A DNA stretch of 64,000 bases. It comes from Octopus vulgaris. Its lineage: Eukaryota. Shown here piece by piece: positions 29,895 to 43,481 of this stretch. The DNA lies in contig OX597830.1 of the NCBI GenBank assembly GCA_951406725.2, forward strand, positions 13,578,001-13,642,000, read 5' to 3'. Under the pieces are notes generated by a model, which was not told the origin of the DNA, did no database searches, and was given only the letters and a program-made list of their open reading frames with translations. Position 1 is the first letter of the stretch. Every line of letters begins with the position of its first letter. A program made the position numbers and the translations under genes.

Positions 29895-30230
29895 ATAGCT
29901 GGAAATTAGAGCAATGTTGAACGGAAATGGATCACCAAACAGTACTGGGAGGCAGAGAATGCAGAAATGGTTAGACAGACAGAAATGGGCTGAAGAATTT
30001 CAAAGACCATTAACAGTTTACAGAATAAAGGACAAATTTGAACAGACTGGGTCCGTCTGCAATGCATAGAAAAGTGGTCGACCGGTCAGTGTCACCGCTG
30101 AAGAAAACGAAATGCTTTTGGTTCAAGCATTCACTGAAAGTCTACAAATTTTTTTTAAAAGAGGGCTTTCAGTGAACTAGGCATCTCCCACAGATCCCTA
30201 AGTCGACTTATGAATCGCTTAGGTTTAATA
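29895..30230 (+). mobile_element. Tc1-like transposase N-terminal HTH fragment (DUF4817-like)
   Basis: RKWITKQYW...YRIKDKFEQTGSV....SGRP.SVT.EEN...FTES....SELGIS..SL.R across frames. Confidence 0.65.
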
Positions 30231-30324
30231 AAAGAAACAGAGAAATGAAAAGAACATTCCATTCATATTAAGCCACTGTATGCCTACTTTTGTCCACCGC
30301 TCTCCCTCTGTGTGTGTGTGTGTG

Positions 30325-30680
<356 letters not shown>

Positions 30681-31892
30681 TATATAAAATTATGGTATAT
30701 TCCGTTAGAAACGTGGCAATATACAGTATAAAGCTCGTCTACCCTCAGAATTACCCAATACTATCCGATAGCGTTATTATATATTTTGAAGTTTACGTTT
30801 GGGCATTCGTCGTGTGTCAATATATGATAACATTGAAGAAATTGGAGTCACCAAGGAGTACGATTTGACAGATATTTTGTAATCACTACAAATGTTTCCA
30901 TGCAACGTAGTTCTCCAAAAATACAGATACTTGATTATATAACTGTTTGTTTTCATAATGAAATCTAGTGTTTCCTCAGGTGATATTCTAGTGTTGTTTC
31001 CGTTAGTTTAAAATCTTCGATTTCAAGGTGATCCCTTCCGTCTGTATTGGTTTGAATTTAGTAGCAGCCGGTAGACGCATGCTGCGCTCTGCCAGAGTGC
31101 GTTTGGTGGACTGCTGCGAATGGTAGTGGATGGCTATTTTGGTATCGGCTAATCGCCGACCTGTTCTTCATGGTTGGCTGCACATGTGAATTTCACTAGC
31201 TGACCTTCAGTATTCAGTAATCGCATATATACTTACATACACACACAGGCTCACACAGGCTCACACAGGCTCACACATACTCTCCCACACACAAACGTAT
31301 TTATATATGCCTAAATACACGCACTCATACACTCATATATACATACACATACATACACATACACAGGCGTATATACATATATTTTTAGGCATCTATATAT
31401 ATATATACATATACACAAACACACACGCATATATATATAAATACATATACATACATACATTCATACACACACCAATATATACATACATCAGTGTAGTTAT
31501 GAAAACCTGTTAATCTAGTGCTATTGAACATTTCAAAGAGGATATTTAAAGAGGATAGTTAAACTTTAAGGTTGTTAAGAATGAATGGTGTATGCATACA
31601 CTTTGACAGCAAAATAATATGTATGGTGGGTTAGATGTCAAGAAATGTGCCTATACTCAGTCTAAATTTTGTGAATATTCTGAATATTCTACATATTTCA
31701 TGATACATAAACAATACATACATAGATACATACAAACACACATTCTCTGTCTATACATACATACATAAAACATACATACGTATATATGTATGCATATATG
31801 TGTATCTGTGTGTATGTGTGTGTGTGTGTAGGTGTGTGTGTATGTATATAGTTATTTGCAGTATCGAATAGAACAAAGGTATTTTAATAAAC

Positions 31893-32330
31893 CCTTCTAT
31901 TAAAGGCATTTATTAGAAAGAGGGTATAAGGCGATTACATCGACCTCAGTGCTTGACTGGTAATTATTTTATCGTTCCCGAAAAGATGAAAAGCAAAGTA
32001 GACTTCGGCGAAGTTTGAACTCAGAACATAACAACGGGCGAAATACTGCTAAGCATTTCGTCCAGTGTGCTAACGATCCTGCCAGCTCGCTGCCTTAAAG
32101 CCTTTTAATAATCTTTTCTACTAAAGGCACAAGGCTTGACATTGTGGGGGAGGGTGTAAGTCGGTTACATCGGCTCCAGTGGTTCGCTGGTGCTGGTTTA
32201 TCGACCCCGAAAAGATGAAAGGCAAAGTCGACCTCGGCGGAATTTTAACTCAGAACGTAGCGACGAGTAAAATACTGCTAAGTATTTCGTCCAGTGTGCT
32301 AACAACGATCCTGCTAGCTCACCGCCATAA
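31893..32330 (-). mobile_element. SINE family C, two tandem copies
   Basis: gatgaaaggcaaagtcgacctcggcgg..tttgaactcagaacgta...gccagctcgc core occurs twice. Confidence 0.85.
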
Positions 32331-33529
32331 GGTAAATGTTTAGTTCAATATTAACTTCTTCCTAAATTTGATAGATAAATTCTTCTCTACTATCCATAGA
32401 TATGGGGAACTATTCAACAGATATAATATTTAAATAAATTTTAACTGGTTTTGGAAGATTGCTTAACTTTATGCATTGATCTTAAAACAATCACAACAAT
32501 CAGAAATGCTAAGCCTGTAGCTTTCGGAATGACAGAATGGAGAAACAAACGTAGTTGTGAATTTCTTAATGTTAATTAGACGACATTTCCCAATACAATT
32601 ACCACAAGAGTAACAGTCAGCTTTTATAACAGATGTACAAAGAATGTCGGTAGTATTCTAAAAACCAAGGTCCGAAGGGTCATCCAGAACAACAGCAAGG
32701 AACTCGGGGACAACTGAAGGAATACTTAAAATTATCGCATAATTGTAAACTCCTAACTGAAGACATTGGATGTTGGTCTTACATACCTTAGGAAATGGAT
32801 TAGAAGCTAAGAGTCATTTCCTCAAAATCATTTTTACTGTTATGGCGTGATGAATAAAAACATGGCCGGTTTTGTTAAAACGTGTACAAAAACTGAAAGG
32901 GTTATAAGTGAACCACTTCGCTTCCAAATGATCTGCAGTTGGACAAACCTCGCCTTGCATAAACGAAGAAACGAAAGCTATTGGATAGCCGAGAAACACA
33001 TCTTTACATAGTAATTCAATGAACAAATACAAAAAACAAACAGAGTTTATTTCACATATCGCCACGAACTAAGTTCTGTCTCAACGGAATGGGGCATAGC
33101 TAATGTACTGAATAAAGGAAAGTATAGACCACTCTGTTGTTAGACTGGAAGCAAAATATACGAACGTCATCGTGTCGCTAAGTGTTAGAAAGAGGTCCAC
33201 AATAAATTTTTGAGAAATATTGCTTTGAAATTCTTAGGCTACTACCAAGTAGCTTCGATAAATTACTATAATACAAAACTTCAAAACCACTTCACATTAT
33301 TTTTTTTTTACTTATATTTCTTCCAAGATCTATGAAATATAAGACTGAATTTGATAGAATCGACTAAAATCCCACTAAGTGGTGCCCCAACATAACAAAG
33401 GCAGAGATGTAAAAAGAATGTCAAATAATATAACATATTTACGGGTGGATACACGCACATATATAGATATATGTGCGTGTATATAACTATTTGCAGTATC
33501 CAATAATAGATTCAAGGTATTTTAATAAT

Positions 33530-33928
33530 TCCTTCTAATGTAGGCACAAGGGCAGAAATTTTGGAGGAGGAGGCTAGTCCATTACATCATCCCCAGTATT
33601 TGAATGGTACTTATTCCATCAACCCCGAAAGAATGAAAGGCAAAAATCGACTTCGGTGGAGTTTGAACTCAGAACGTAGTAACGGGCGAAATACCTATTT
33701 CTTTACTACCCACAAGGGGCTAAACACAGAGAGGACAAACAAGGACAGGCAAACGGATTAAGTCGATTATATCGACCCCAGTGCGTAACTGGTACTTATT
33801 TAATCGACCCCGAAAGGATGAAAGGCAAAGTCGACCTCGGTAGAGTTTGAACTCAGAACGTAGCAACGGGCGAAATACCGCTAAACATTTCGTCCAGTGT
33901 TCTAACGTTTCTGCCAGCTCGCTGCCGT
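33530..33928 (-). mobile_element. Dimeric SINE family C, 16-bp TSD
   Basis: TSD aaggtattttaataat at 33514-33529 and 33929-33944. Confidence 0.88.
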
Positions 33929-34207
33929 AAGGTATTTTAATAATAAAAATACCAAGGTAGGGTCGAGAATAGCTTATCCGTGTATCAACAGTATATGTAG
34001 ACACACACATACTAATGTATATATGGAATTATCACTTACGTATACATGCACGTGGACAAACCAATAACCTCGTTGATACAAACATCGATGTATATGTAAA
34101 ATCACACGAGGCAGACACCGGCATGCAGTCCGCGGTCCACTGTAAGTACGTCTGTGAGTGATTTTTTAAATATAAATGAGTACTTATATTAATTTCTTTA
34201 TGGATTT

Positions 34208-34339
34208 AGGCGTGGCTGTGGGGTAAGGAGCTTGCTTCCCAACCACATGTATAGCACCTTGGGTAAAGTGGTTTCTATTATAGAAGTCTTGTGAATGGAA
34301 TTGGTAGACGGTAGCTGAAAGAAGACCGTCGTATATATA

Positions 34340-34375
<36 letters not shown>

Positions 34376-34601
34376 TGTATGTATGTATGTATGTATGTAT
34401 GTATGTATGTATGTGTGTATTGTCCCCATTACAGATTAACAACCTGTGCTGGTGTGTTTACGTTCCCGTAACTTAGCGGTTTGGCAAAAGAGACTAATAG
34501 GATAAGTACTAGGATTAAAAGATAAATTCATTTGACTAAAAGTTCTTCAAGCCGATGCCCCAGCATAGCCGCAGTCTAATGGCTTAAACAAGATAAAAGT
34601 A
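34208..34601 (+). mobile_element. SINE family A, diverged
   Basis: Homology to family A, with internal deletions. Confidence 0.85.
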
Positions 34602-34621
34602 TTATATATATATATATATAT

Positions 34622-34990
34622 AATTAGTGTACATTAATACATAGGGAGGCAAGCCATTAACAGGTTGCCTTACATACTAGAAAGAACAGTCAAAAAGTCC
34701 AAACCACAGTTAAGAGCAATTTCGAAGGGAATGATAAATAAAAACATTTACCATGTTTTACAGCCGGACCATAGGTTTCGATCTTTAATTAGCAAATAAA
34801 AATAGTTTGCAAGGCGAAGTTCTCATCAGCGGATACGCCAAAACATTAACATATAAATAAATTAGAGACCGAATAACATGTGTTTCATCCTTATATATTA
34901 TAATTTTTCAAATTCCCCGTGCAAGCGCAGATTCATTTGGCAGCATATAAAAATTCCGATTAAACTTCAGAAATTGCTAAAATCATTTCT

Positions 34991-34992
<2 letters not shown>
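34622..34992 (-). mobile_element. Short hammerhead-bearing element between (TA)n tracts
   Basis: Non-coding, bounded by (TA)n on both sides, canonical hammerhead at 34764-34832. Confidence 0.65.
34764..34832 (-). ncRNA. Type I hammerhead ribozyme, canonical core, GUC site
   Basis: Minus strand: ccg CTGATGA gaactt...aagatc GAAA cc tat gg TC cgg. Confidence 0.8.
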
Positions 34993-35029
<37 letters not shown>

Positions 35030-35031
<2 letters not shown>

Positions 35032-35440
35032 GCATAAAGGAGCAGATGCAGGCAGACACTTCCGTGAAGAAACATCTACGGAAATGCCAGACCCGGGAAT
35101 TCACAGTGCACATCAGGGTTACACAGCGAAACAGGGGCGACCTTAGAATCTTTGAGGCCAACTCCATACACCAAAGAAAACCAAATATCAACAACAGAAG
35201 AGAGTTACAGGAAGCTAGTTGGTTGCCATAGCAACACGTTTCCGCGCATGTCCACTTCACACACGCTCACACACATGCACATCGGCAATATTCCTTAATT
35301 TCTTGAAAATGGGGTCATAACCTCAAAATATTGAATGCAAGGTAAGTCTATATTAGTTCATATGTTTGTTTTCCTGTGATTTGCCTTGCATTTACTTCGC
35401 ATTGTTCTGGCCTTACACACGATCCTTTATTCTCTCTCTC
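35030..35440 (+). mobile_element. PLE 3' fragment (GIY-YIG C-terminus + 3' UTR)
   Basis: RIKEQ...SVKKHLRKC...LRIFEANSIHQRKPNINNRRE matches the PLE GIY-YIG end pattern. Starts directly after (TA)n and is followed by a degenerate hammerhead. Confidence 0.75.
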
Positions 35441-35463
35441 TATATATATAGATATAAAGAGGA

Positions 35464-35511
<48 letters not shown>

Positions 35512-35515
35512 CGAG

Positions 35516-36002
35516 AGGCACAGGCGTGGCTGTGTGGAAAGTAGTTTGCCTCTCAATCACAGGGCTCTGGGTTCAGTCTCACCGCGTAGGCAAGTGTGTT
35601 ATGCTATAGACTCTTGGGCCGACCAAAGCATTGTGAGTGGAATTGGCAGACAGAACCGGCATGTGTATATATATATATATGCGTGTGTGTGTGTCTGTGT
35701 GTCTTTGGGTCTGTCTTTGTTCCCAACCACCACCACCACCGCCTCTACCACCACCACCGCCTCTACCACCACCACCGCCTCTACCACCACCACCGCCTCT
35801 ACCACCACCACCGCCTCTACCACCACCACCAACGCCACCACCACCACCGCCACCACCACCACAAGCACCACCACCACCACCACCACCACCACCACCACCA
35901 TCACCACCACCACCATCACCACCACCACCACCACCACCATTTGATAACCGGTGTTGGTGTGTTGGCTGCAGTCAAATGACTGAAATAAGTAGAAGATAAA
36001 AG
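35516..36002 (+). mobile_element. SINE family A with an internal (CCA)n expansion
   Basis: Head and tail of family A flank ~210 bp of (CCA)n including 18-bp higher-order units. Confidence 0.8.
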
Positions 36003-36906
36003 ATACACACACTCACACACTCACACACACGCACACGCACACGCGTGATAAGTACCAACGCACGAAACTCGGACGTTGACTCCGAAAGGATGAAAGGCAA
36101 AGTCGACCTCGGCGGAGTTTCAACTCAGAACGTAAAGACAGACGAAAGGCCGCTAAGCAATTTGCCCGGCTTGCTAGTGATTCTGCCAGCTCACCGCCTT
36201 AACCGAACGTTAATAATAATATCTAATTCAGTTCGCCTGGCGATTCGTAAGAAAGGATTGAATATACGATTGGCATTTCCTGAAAGAATCGACTATACAA
36301 ACAGCAGCAATGAAAACACGATAGCCAGTTGCCTAATCAAATTTGCTGGCTTACGTAATTTACTATTTGGTATAAAATAATTGAGTTAGAACATGAGTTA
36401 TAACTGCGGTTTATAAACAGTATATACATATTAAGGGATGCATTAATAAACATATTTCTTAGGTTAAAATCAGACAAACGAAAATAAAAACAAAAAATTC
36501 TGAAGATACGTCAAAACCACGACTTTATGGTTACCGTCAAAGCCAAGGAATGGAATTCTGAAAATTTAAGGATTAAGAAGGCTATCCTTATTAATAAATG
36601 AAATTCCTTTATCAATAACAGACAGAAGGCGCGCGACGCTAATTGGCTAATATAACACTACCATCCTATGAGCGTACATCTGTCTATATATGCGTAAATG
36701 TGTTTGTATATATGTATGCATATGTGTATATATGTATGTATGTGTGTGTATATATATAGATATATACACATTCACACATACATAAAATGCCAGTGTGTGT
36801 ATGTAAATATATAAAAATATACAAGCACATTAACCGATGCATGCACGCATCCACATATGAAATACACATATCCTAGTATGCATCTGTTTATACATATATT
36901 TGTATA

Positions 36907-36937
<31 letters not shown>

Positions 36938-36973
36938 CTGTGTGTGTGTGTGTGTATGTGAATACACATATAT

Positions 36974-37136
36974 AGGCGCAGGCGTGTCTGTGTGTTAAGA
37001 AGCTTGCTTCCCAACCACATGGCTCCGAGTTCAGTCCCTCTGCGTGGCATCTTGGGCAAGTGTATTCTACTATATTGTCGGGCCGACCAAAGCCTTTTGA
37101 GTGGATCTGGTAGACGGAAACTGAAAGAAGCCCGTC

Positions 37137-37185
<49 letters not shown>

Positions 37186-37620
37186 TGTGTGTGTGTGTGT
37201 ATTGTCCCCATTACAGATTAAACAACCTGTGCTGGTGTGTTTACGTTCCCGTAACCTAGCGGTTGGGCAAAAGAGACTAATAAGATAATTACCAGGCTTA
37301 AAAGATAAATTCATTTGACTAAAAATTCTTCAAGCCGATGCCCCACCATGGCCGCAGTCTAATGACTTAAACAAGATAAAAGTATGTATATATATGTGTG
37401 TGTATATGTTTATGTGTCTGTGTTTCTCCCCCCAACATCGCTTGACAACCGATGCTGGTGTGTTTACGTCCCCGTAATAACTTAGCGGTTCGGCCAAAGA
37501 GACCGATAGAATAAGTACTAGGCTTCCAAAGAATAAGTGCTGGGGTCGATTTGCTCGACTAAAGGCGGTGCTCCTGCATGGCCGCAGTCAAATGACTGAA
37601 ACAAGTAAAAGAGTAAAGAG
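36974..37620 (+). mobile_element. SINE family A with two 3' halves
   Basis: Head 36974-37140, an extra 3' half 37200-37385, then its own 3' half 37410-37620. Confidence 0.85.
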
Positions 37621-37798
37621 AATACATACATTGCGTAAAAGTTTTTAAAAGTGCACAAATATTCCAGAAAGTAGGATGTAAAATGTCGGCAATGCAAAAC
37701 AAAATACTGTTGCACCGACTGGCAAATGATTATATATAAAGGAATAATGTTGATAATATGAGTGAAAACGTTATTATTGTGTATATAACAATATATAT

Positions 37799-38196
37799 AG
37801 GCGCAGGAGTGGCTGTGTGGTAAGTAGCTTGCTAACCAACCACATGGCTCCGGGTTCAGTCCCACTGCGTGGCATCTTGGGCAAGTGTCTTCTGCTATAG
37901 CCCCGGGCCGACAAATGCCTTGTGAGTGGATTTGGTAGACGGAAACTGAAAGAAGCCTGTCGTATATATATATATATATGTATGTGTGTGTTTGTGTGTC
38001 TGTGTTTGACCCCCTAGCATCGCTTGACAACTGATGCTGGTGTGTTTACGTCCCCGTCACTTAGCGGTTCGGCAAAAAAGAGACCGATAGAATAAGTACT
38101 GAGCTTACAAAGAATAAGTGCTGGGGTCGAGTTTGCTCGATTAAAGGCGGTGCTCCAGCATGGCCGCAATCAAATGACTGAAACAAGTAAAAGAGA
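37799..38196 (+). mobile_element. SINE family A, full length
   Basis: Near identical to 59000-59452. Confidence 0.9.
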
Positions 38197-38779
38197 AAAA
38201 AAAAATATGATATGGCTGCAGTCGAATGACTGAAACGGGTAAAAGAATTGAAGAATGAAAGAATATATGTACTGCCTCTTCTCAATGACTTACTCCTTGT
38301 TTTTTTTTGTTTTTTTTTTGAAGTCACAAAATTTATAAGAGCAGTGCTGGGGATGTCTACGTAGCCGCTTGGTCTGGTCATAGTTAAATCTCTCTCAAAA
38401 TACATTTTTGACATCGTACACAAAGGAAGTATGCGTTGAATGTAGGTATATATATAGCCTGAGAAAAGGATGGGATAGTCACGGTTGGAACATGCTTAAT
38501 CACAAGTATATTCAGTCAAAACTAATCTGAAGCTTATTGATATACGAACAACCAGGGAGACAACTACGTGTTCATTCAGTGGCCTAGAAATGACAGCTAA
38601 ATATCCTTCAAACCCCAGCCTACCCCATTAATGCAGTACACTTTGGTCAATCTAGTTCAAACACTAAAAATAACGGGATGGCAAAAGAAGGAAAGCCTTT
38701 TACACAAGATAGATTGAACAAGGCTGACCTAAGGCTAAGAAGAATAAGTGCAGCAAGTTCTGAAAGGATCGCAGATTAC

Positions 38780-38849
<70 letters not shown>

Positions 38850-39396
38850 AAGAGAAAAAAAGAGAGAGAGAGAAAAAGAGAGAGATAAAGAGAGAGAGAG
38901 AAAAAGAGAGAGAGAGAGAGAAATCGATAGAGAGAGAGAAGCTATAAGACATTTCCATAATGGTTAGATTATCCGCTAAGCCCGAAGCTGAACGGTTGGG
39001 AATAAGAAATCCGTTTCCTCGAACAGAAAGATGCAGTCATGTGGAATACTTAAGAAAGTATTTCTGAATGGAATATTTAACTTGGAGACACCTCACAAGA
39101 TGATTCTCTTCAGGCCAGGATATTTTTAGCATCTGATCGATCACTCCATCTATCTGATCTCAGTAGGAAAATTTTTGATATCTATGCTAACTTGACTTTT
39201 GCTTCCACATTGTTCACTGCGTCTTCCGTCTAAACTAGTTCCCAATCTATCCTGTTGTAACGGTAGTGTGATAAAACAAGTAACAGTTAGAAATACCTGC
39301 AAAAAAAGCATACAGTATAACTATTAAAACATAAATGGAATGAAAAAAAATATGGCAATATGGCAAAAGAAAAATCTAAATGGCACACACACACAC

Positions 39397-39454
<58 letters not shown>

Positions 39455-39458
<4 letters not shown>

Positions 39459-39725
39459 ATAAAACGGTAAGATAACAAAAGAAAGAAAGAGACCTCAATA
39501 TTATGTAAATAGAGGAAATTTATCTATACAATATGTTACATTACTCGGTAGTCAAGATAAAACTCTGAGTTTCAGATGCCGAAGTGGAAATCCACAACAC
39601 CATCTCTTCGGTTATCTGGCTATTTCCAGTTCCAACCGTGACTATAGCCAGATAACCGAAGAGATGGTGTTGTATTTCCACTTCGGCATCTGACTCAGAG
39701 TTTTATCTTGACTACCGAGTAATGT
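39455..39725 (-). mobile_element. Short hammerhead-bearing element folded back on itself
   Basis: Arms 39538-39623 and 39644-39725 are reverse complements with a 20-nt spacer. Related copies at 56038-56215 and (fragment) 3112-3150. (TA)n on both sides. Confidence 0.85.
39556..39616 (-). ncRNA. Hammerhead motif (U4C) in the left arm of a long inverted repeat
   Basis: Minus strand: gataa CCGAAGA gatg...catc t GAAA ctc a gag TT ttatc. Same family as 56148-56208. Confidence 0.7.
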
Positions 39726-39737
39726 ATATTTATATAT

Positions 39738-39790
<53 letters not shown>

Positions 39791-39981
39791 CATCGCTTGT
39801 AAGCGCACTAAGATGACTGTCCAGTTACATCAAAACGATGCGAAACGGATTAAGATCGGCTGTAATGGATAGCTAATGCTGCATACTATGATTAATATAC
39901 CACGCTATTATCAAATGTAAGAGTGCCTATATTTTCTGACTTATGGATTCTTAGACGACTACACACACACAGACACGCACA

Positions 39982-40790
39982 TACAAGGTTAAATTTGACG
40001 AGTTGTTGCTTCCCTTTTTCAAGAGTGGCTTAGAGTATATCAGTGTATACTCAACGGCCTTAGAGTGCATAAAGATGAGATATGAAAATTTTAGCTGACA
40101 TGGAGAACTGAATATTGAAAAAGAGTCACCTGCTTCATATTGGTTCGCAGCGGATATCAAAATACCGATACTATGACTGCCCAATGCTCTATGAAAACTA
40201 TAAAGACTGTAAGACGAAACATGGACAGCTACAATGAAGATTATGAAGCCGTGGTAGCTGGGAAGGATACAGCAGGGCTTCTGATTCCTTCCACTCCAGA
40301 ATTCATTTCTACATATTTGAAGAGTCCATTAGAGAAAATTCTGACGGCTATGTGAATCTGGCTGGATGCATTTACTGCTGGAAGGCCATACGTGTGGCAG
40401 CAAGACTCGGCTCCTTACTATACTCCCGTAAAGAGATAGAAGTGATTATTGGGGAATTTTTACGACCCCACCAGCCCCAACTTCTGACCTCCTAATTACC
40501 CTGATTGTAATTCCATGTAGTACTATGTGTGAAGCGTGGTTCAGAAAGACACCATCCGCTCTGTCAGCAACACCAAGGCGAAAAAGCTTATCAAGATGAA
40601 GAGGTGTTTGAGGAACGCCTACACCAAGTTCCAGGGCCGTCATAGGGCCTTGGTGGAGAATGACAGCAGCTACATTGAGCAACATAATCTTATTGATACT
40701 TTTGATTTTTAAAATATTTTTTATCTTTAGGTGGGATATTGTGTTTTTTCTTTATGTGCAAACTGTAAGATTTAGTTATTTCATTTGATG
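39982..40790 (+). mobile_element. Second copy of the maT/DD37D-like element
   Basis: Homologous to 22538-23840 (tacaaggttaaatttgacga; WQQDSAPY; PPNYPDCNSM.YYV). Confidence 0.75.
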
Positions 40791-40829
40791 TTGCCTGCTT
40801 ATATTCCGACATTCCCCATGAATATAAAA

Positions 40830-43070
40830 TAACTGCATTTTAATAATGATTAGACATTCACCAATCTGAACTTCTAACACAGAGAAAAAGAATTTATCAT
40901 TGATGGGCTCAGATTCGTAATTAAAAACAACTGCTTTACCGTCAACGGTTCGGATTACCGCGAGACATCAAGAACGGCGATGGGTACGAAAGTAGCCCCC
41001 ACATACGACAACTTAAACATGGGATTCCGCGAATAAAATATCTGCAGCCTACCTCTTCTAATATTCGGTGACAAGCTCCATACACAACTCAAGAAACAAT
41101 TGGAAAATATATCTGGATGATTACTTTATCATATGGCAAGAAAATATTGAGAAGCTAACTGGATTTAACAACCTGAGCAATAACATCCAATTCACAATGA
41201 AGTTTAGTCTCAAAGAACTCGCCTTTCTGGATATCCTAATCACAAACCAAGATGGGAAAATAGAAAAGGACATATTCTACAAACACACTGACTCCAAACA
41301 ATACCTTCTTTTTACATCATGTCACCCGAAACATACCCAAAACAACATTCCCTTAAACCTGGTAAAACGAATTTGTACTATAGTATAAGAACCCTCCAAA
41401 TGTGAACAAAAACTAGAGGAACTGAAGGACACACTTATCAAAAAAGAGCCTTCCCTCCTGGCATAATCACCAACGGAATAAACAAGGCAAAACAAACGGA
41501 TATCGATGAACTTAGGAAAAAAAAAAAAAAACAAAAGAAGGAAAAATGTCTTACCATTTGTGTCAGCCTTCAATCCCAGAAAGGCCAAAATATTTAATCA
41601 AACCCACAAAAACCTTTCCATTTTATTTGCGGATGAAAAAATGAGAAAAATCTTAGAAAAACAACAAATCATCAAATAGTAAAAAGTAGCCCAAACTTCT
41701 AAAACTCATTCTCATTAGAACCAAAAGACACAAAGATTACCCCCCAACCCAACTATCACAAAATGCTGAAGAACAAACTTCAGCACTTACCTAATTGAGG
41801 GACCAGAATTTAAATTCAAAGATGGCCAAACCTTCAAAGTTAAATCGAATTTCACAAGCAACACAGAAAACCTGATCTACGTAATTACATGCAATAGTGG
41901 CCAACATAATTACATAGTCCAGACGGGTGGATCGTTACGCAACAGAATGACGGCTCATCGCCAACCGATCCGAGACAAAAACACACGAGGAAAATTCCGT
42001 TAAGCAGTCACATTGCAACTTGTGCAGGAGTGGACTTACCCAATTTCAAAATCTTTCCCCTCTAAAAGTGCTTAGATTTTATTCAACCAACAACAAAAAA
42101 TAAATAAAGGAAGGCAATTTATTAACAAATATAAGCCACAATTGAATATAGGACCAAATACTATCAATCAAAATATAAGAACAGACACTTAAAAATTCAT
42201 TCATATTATTGATTTAGAAAATACTTTCCAACAATTCTTAATTGTTGTTTCTAGATACATACATACATACATACATACATACATACATACAATCATACAT
42301 ACATGCATGTATACATACATATATTTTTTATGTATGTGTATATATATACATGGATATATATATATATGTCTGCACACACACAAACACACGCACATACACA
42401 AGGACACACACATGCGCAAACACACACACACATAGCAAGAAAAAGAAAACATTACAATTCAAACCCACACACACCAAAAAGAAGGAAAACCTTAATTCCT
42501 TCGTAGAATTCTTAACAAGACATTTATAACAACATACACAGCCATTAACACACAGGTGGTCAGATTCCAGACATATTAAAAGGACATTCAACACAATACA
42601 CACACACACACACGCACTTGCACACAGCTGGACATAAAACCCATTCAATAAATGTTTTTAAGCGACTCTCTCGGCAGTAACCCACAGAGATTTTTTGACA
42701 ATAAACAACTACACCCACCCTCTTTCTAACACCTTGAACTCTATACCAAATTATTTACAAACGCGCACTATATTTAAAGAAGACTTTACAGAAAAAACTC
42801 CAGACATGTTCTAACCACGAAACAGAAGATTAATACAAACTGTTTTTACTTCAAATTCCACATTTTTATTAATATTTGATAAGACGAATTTCATCACAGA
42901 AACCGGTAATATTTTATATTTTCTATGTATATATAAAAGAATTTTTAAAATCATTTTATTAATTTCTTTCTAAATTAAAATGTCTTAAATTTACATCTGT
43001 GCTGTTTCCACCTCCATCTTTTATTCATAAAAATTTGATTTGTATAGCTCTCTAATCTTTTTCAGCCATA
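40830..43070 (+). mobile_element. Degenerate Penelope-like element related to the 53.7 kb copy
   Basis: AMGTKVAPTY, WKIYLDDYFIIW, FLDILI, FYKHTDSKQYLLFTSCHPKH, then NLIYVITC...HNYIVQTG..LRNR (GIY-YIG). Many stops and frameshifts. Hammerhead motif in the 3' region. Confidence 0.9.
42871..42913 (+). ncRNA. Minimal hammerhead, U3-A8 variant, in a PLE 3' region
   Basis: aatat TTGATAA gacgaatttcatc aca GAAA ccgg TA atatt. Confidence 0.7.
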
Positions 43071-43081
43071 TATATATATAT

Positions 43082-43247
43082 AGGAGTGGCTGTGTGGTAA
43101 GTAGCTTGCTAACCAACCACATGGTTCCGGGTTCAGTCCCACTGCGTGGCATCTTGGGCAAGTGTCTTCTGCTACAGCCCCGGGCCGACCAATGCTTTGT
43201 GAGTGGATTTGGTAGACGGAAATTGAAAGAAGCCTGTCGTATATATG

Positions 43248-43280
<33 letters not shown>

Positions 43281-43481
43281 CTGTGTTTGTCCCCCTAGCA
43301 TTGCTTGACAACCGATGCTGGTGTGTTTACGTCCCCGTCACTTAGCGGTTCGGCAAAAGAGACCGATAGAATAAGTACTAGGCTTACAAAGAATAAGTCT
43401 TGGGGTCGATTTTCTTGACTAAAGGTGTTGCTCCATCATGGCGAGAGTCAAATTACCGAAACAAGTAGAAGAGAGAAAGAG
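43082..43481 (+). mobile_element. SINE family A
   Basis: Homology to family A. Confidence 0.9.

Noticed and set aside
32760-32900. Possible Gypsy integrase zinc-finger relic (MNKNMAGFVKTCT)
   Set aside because: Single short motif with no other domains or LTRs seen.
35596-36012. Poly-Pro / poly-His / poly-Thr ORFs resembling formin or extensin
   Set aside because: These are translations of a (CCA)n expansion inside a SINE and are open in several frames on both strands.
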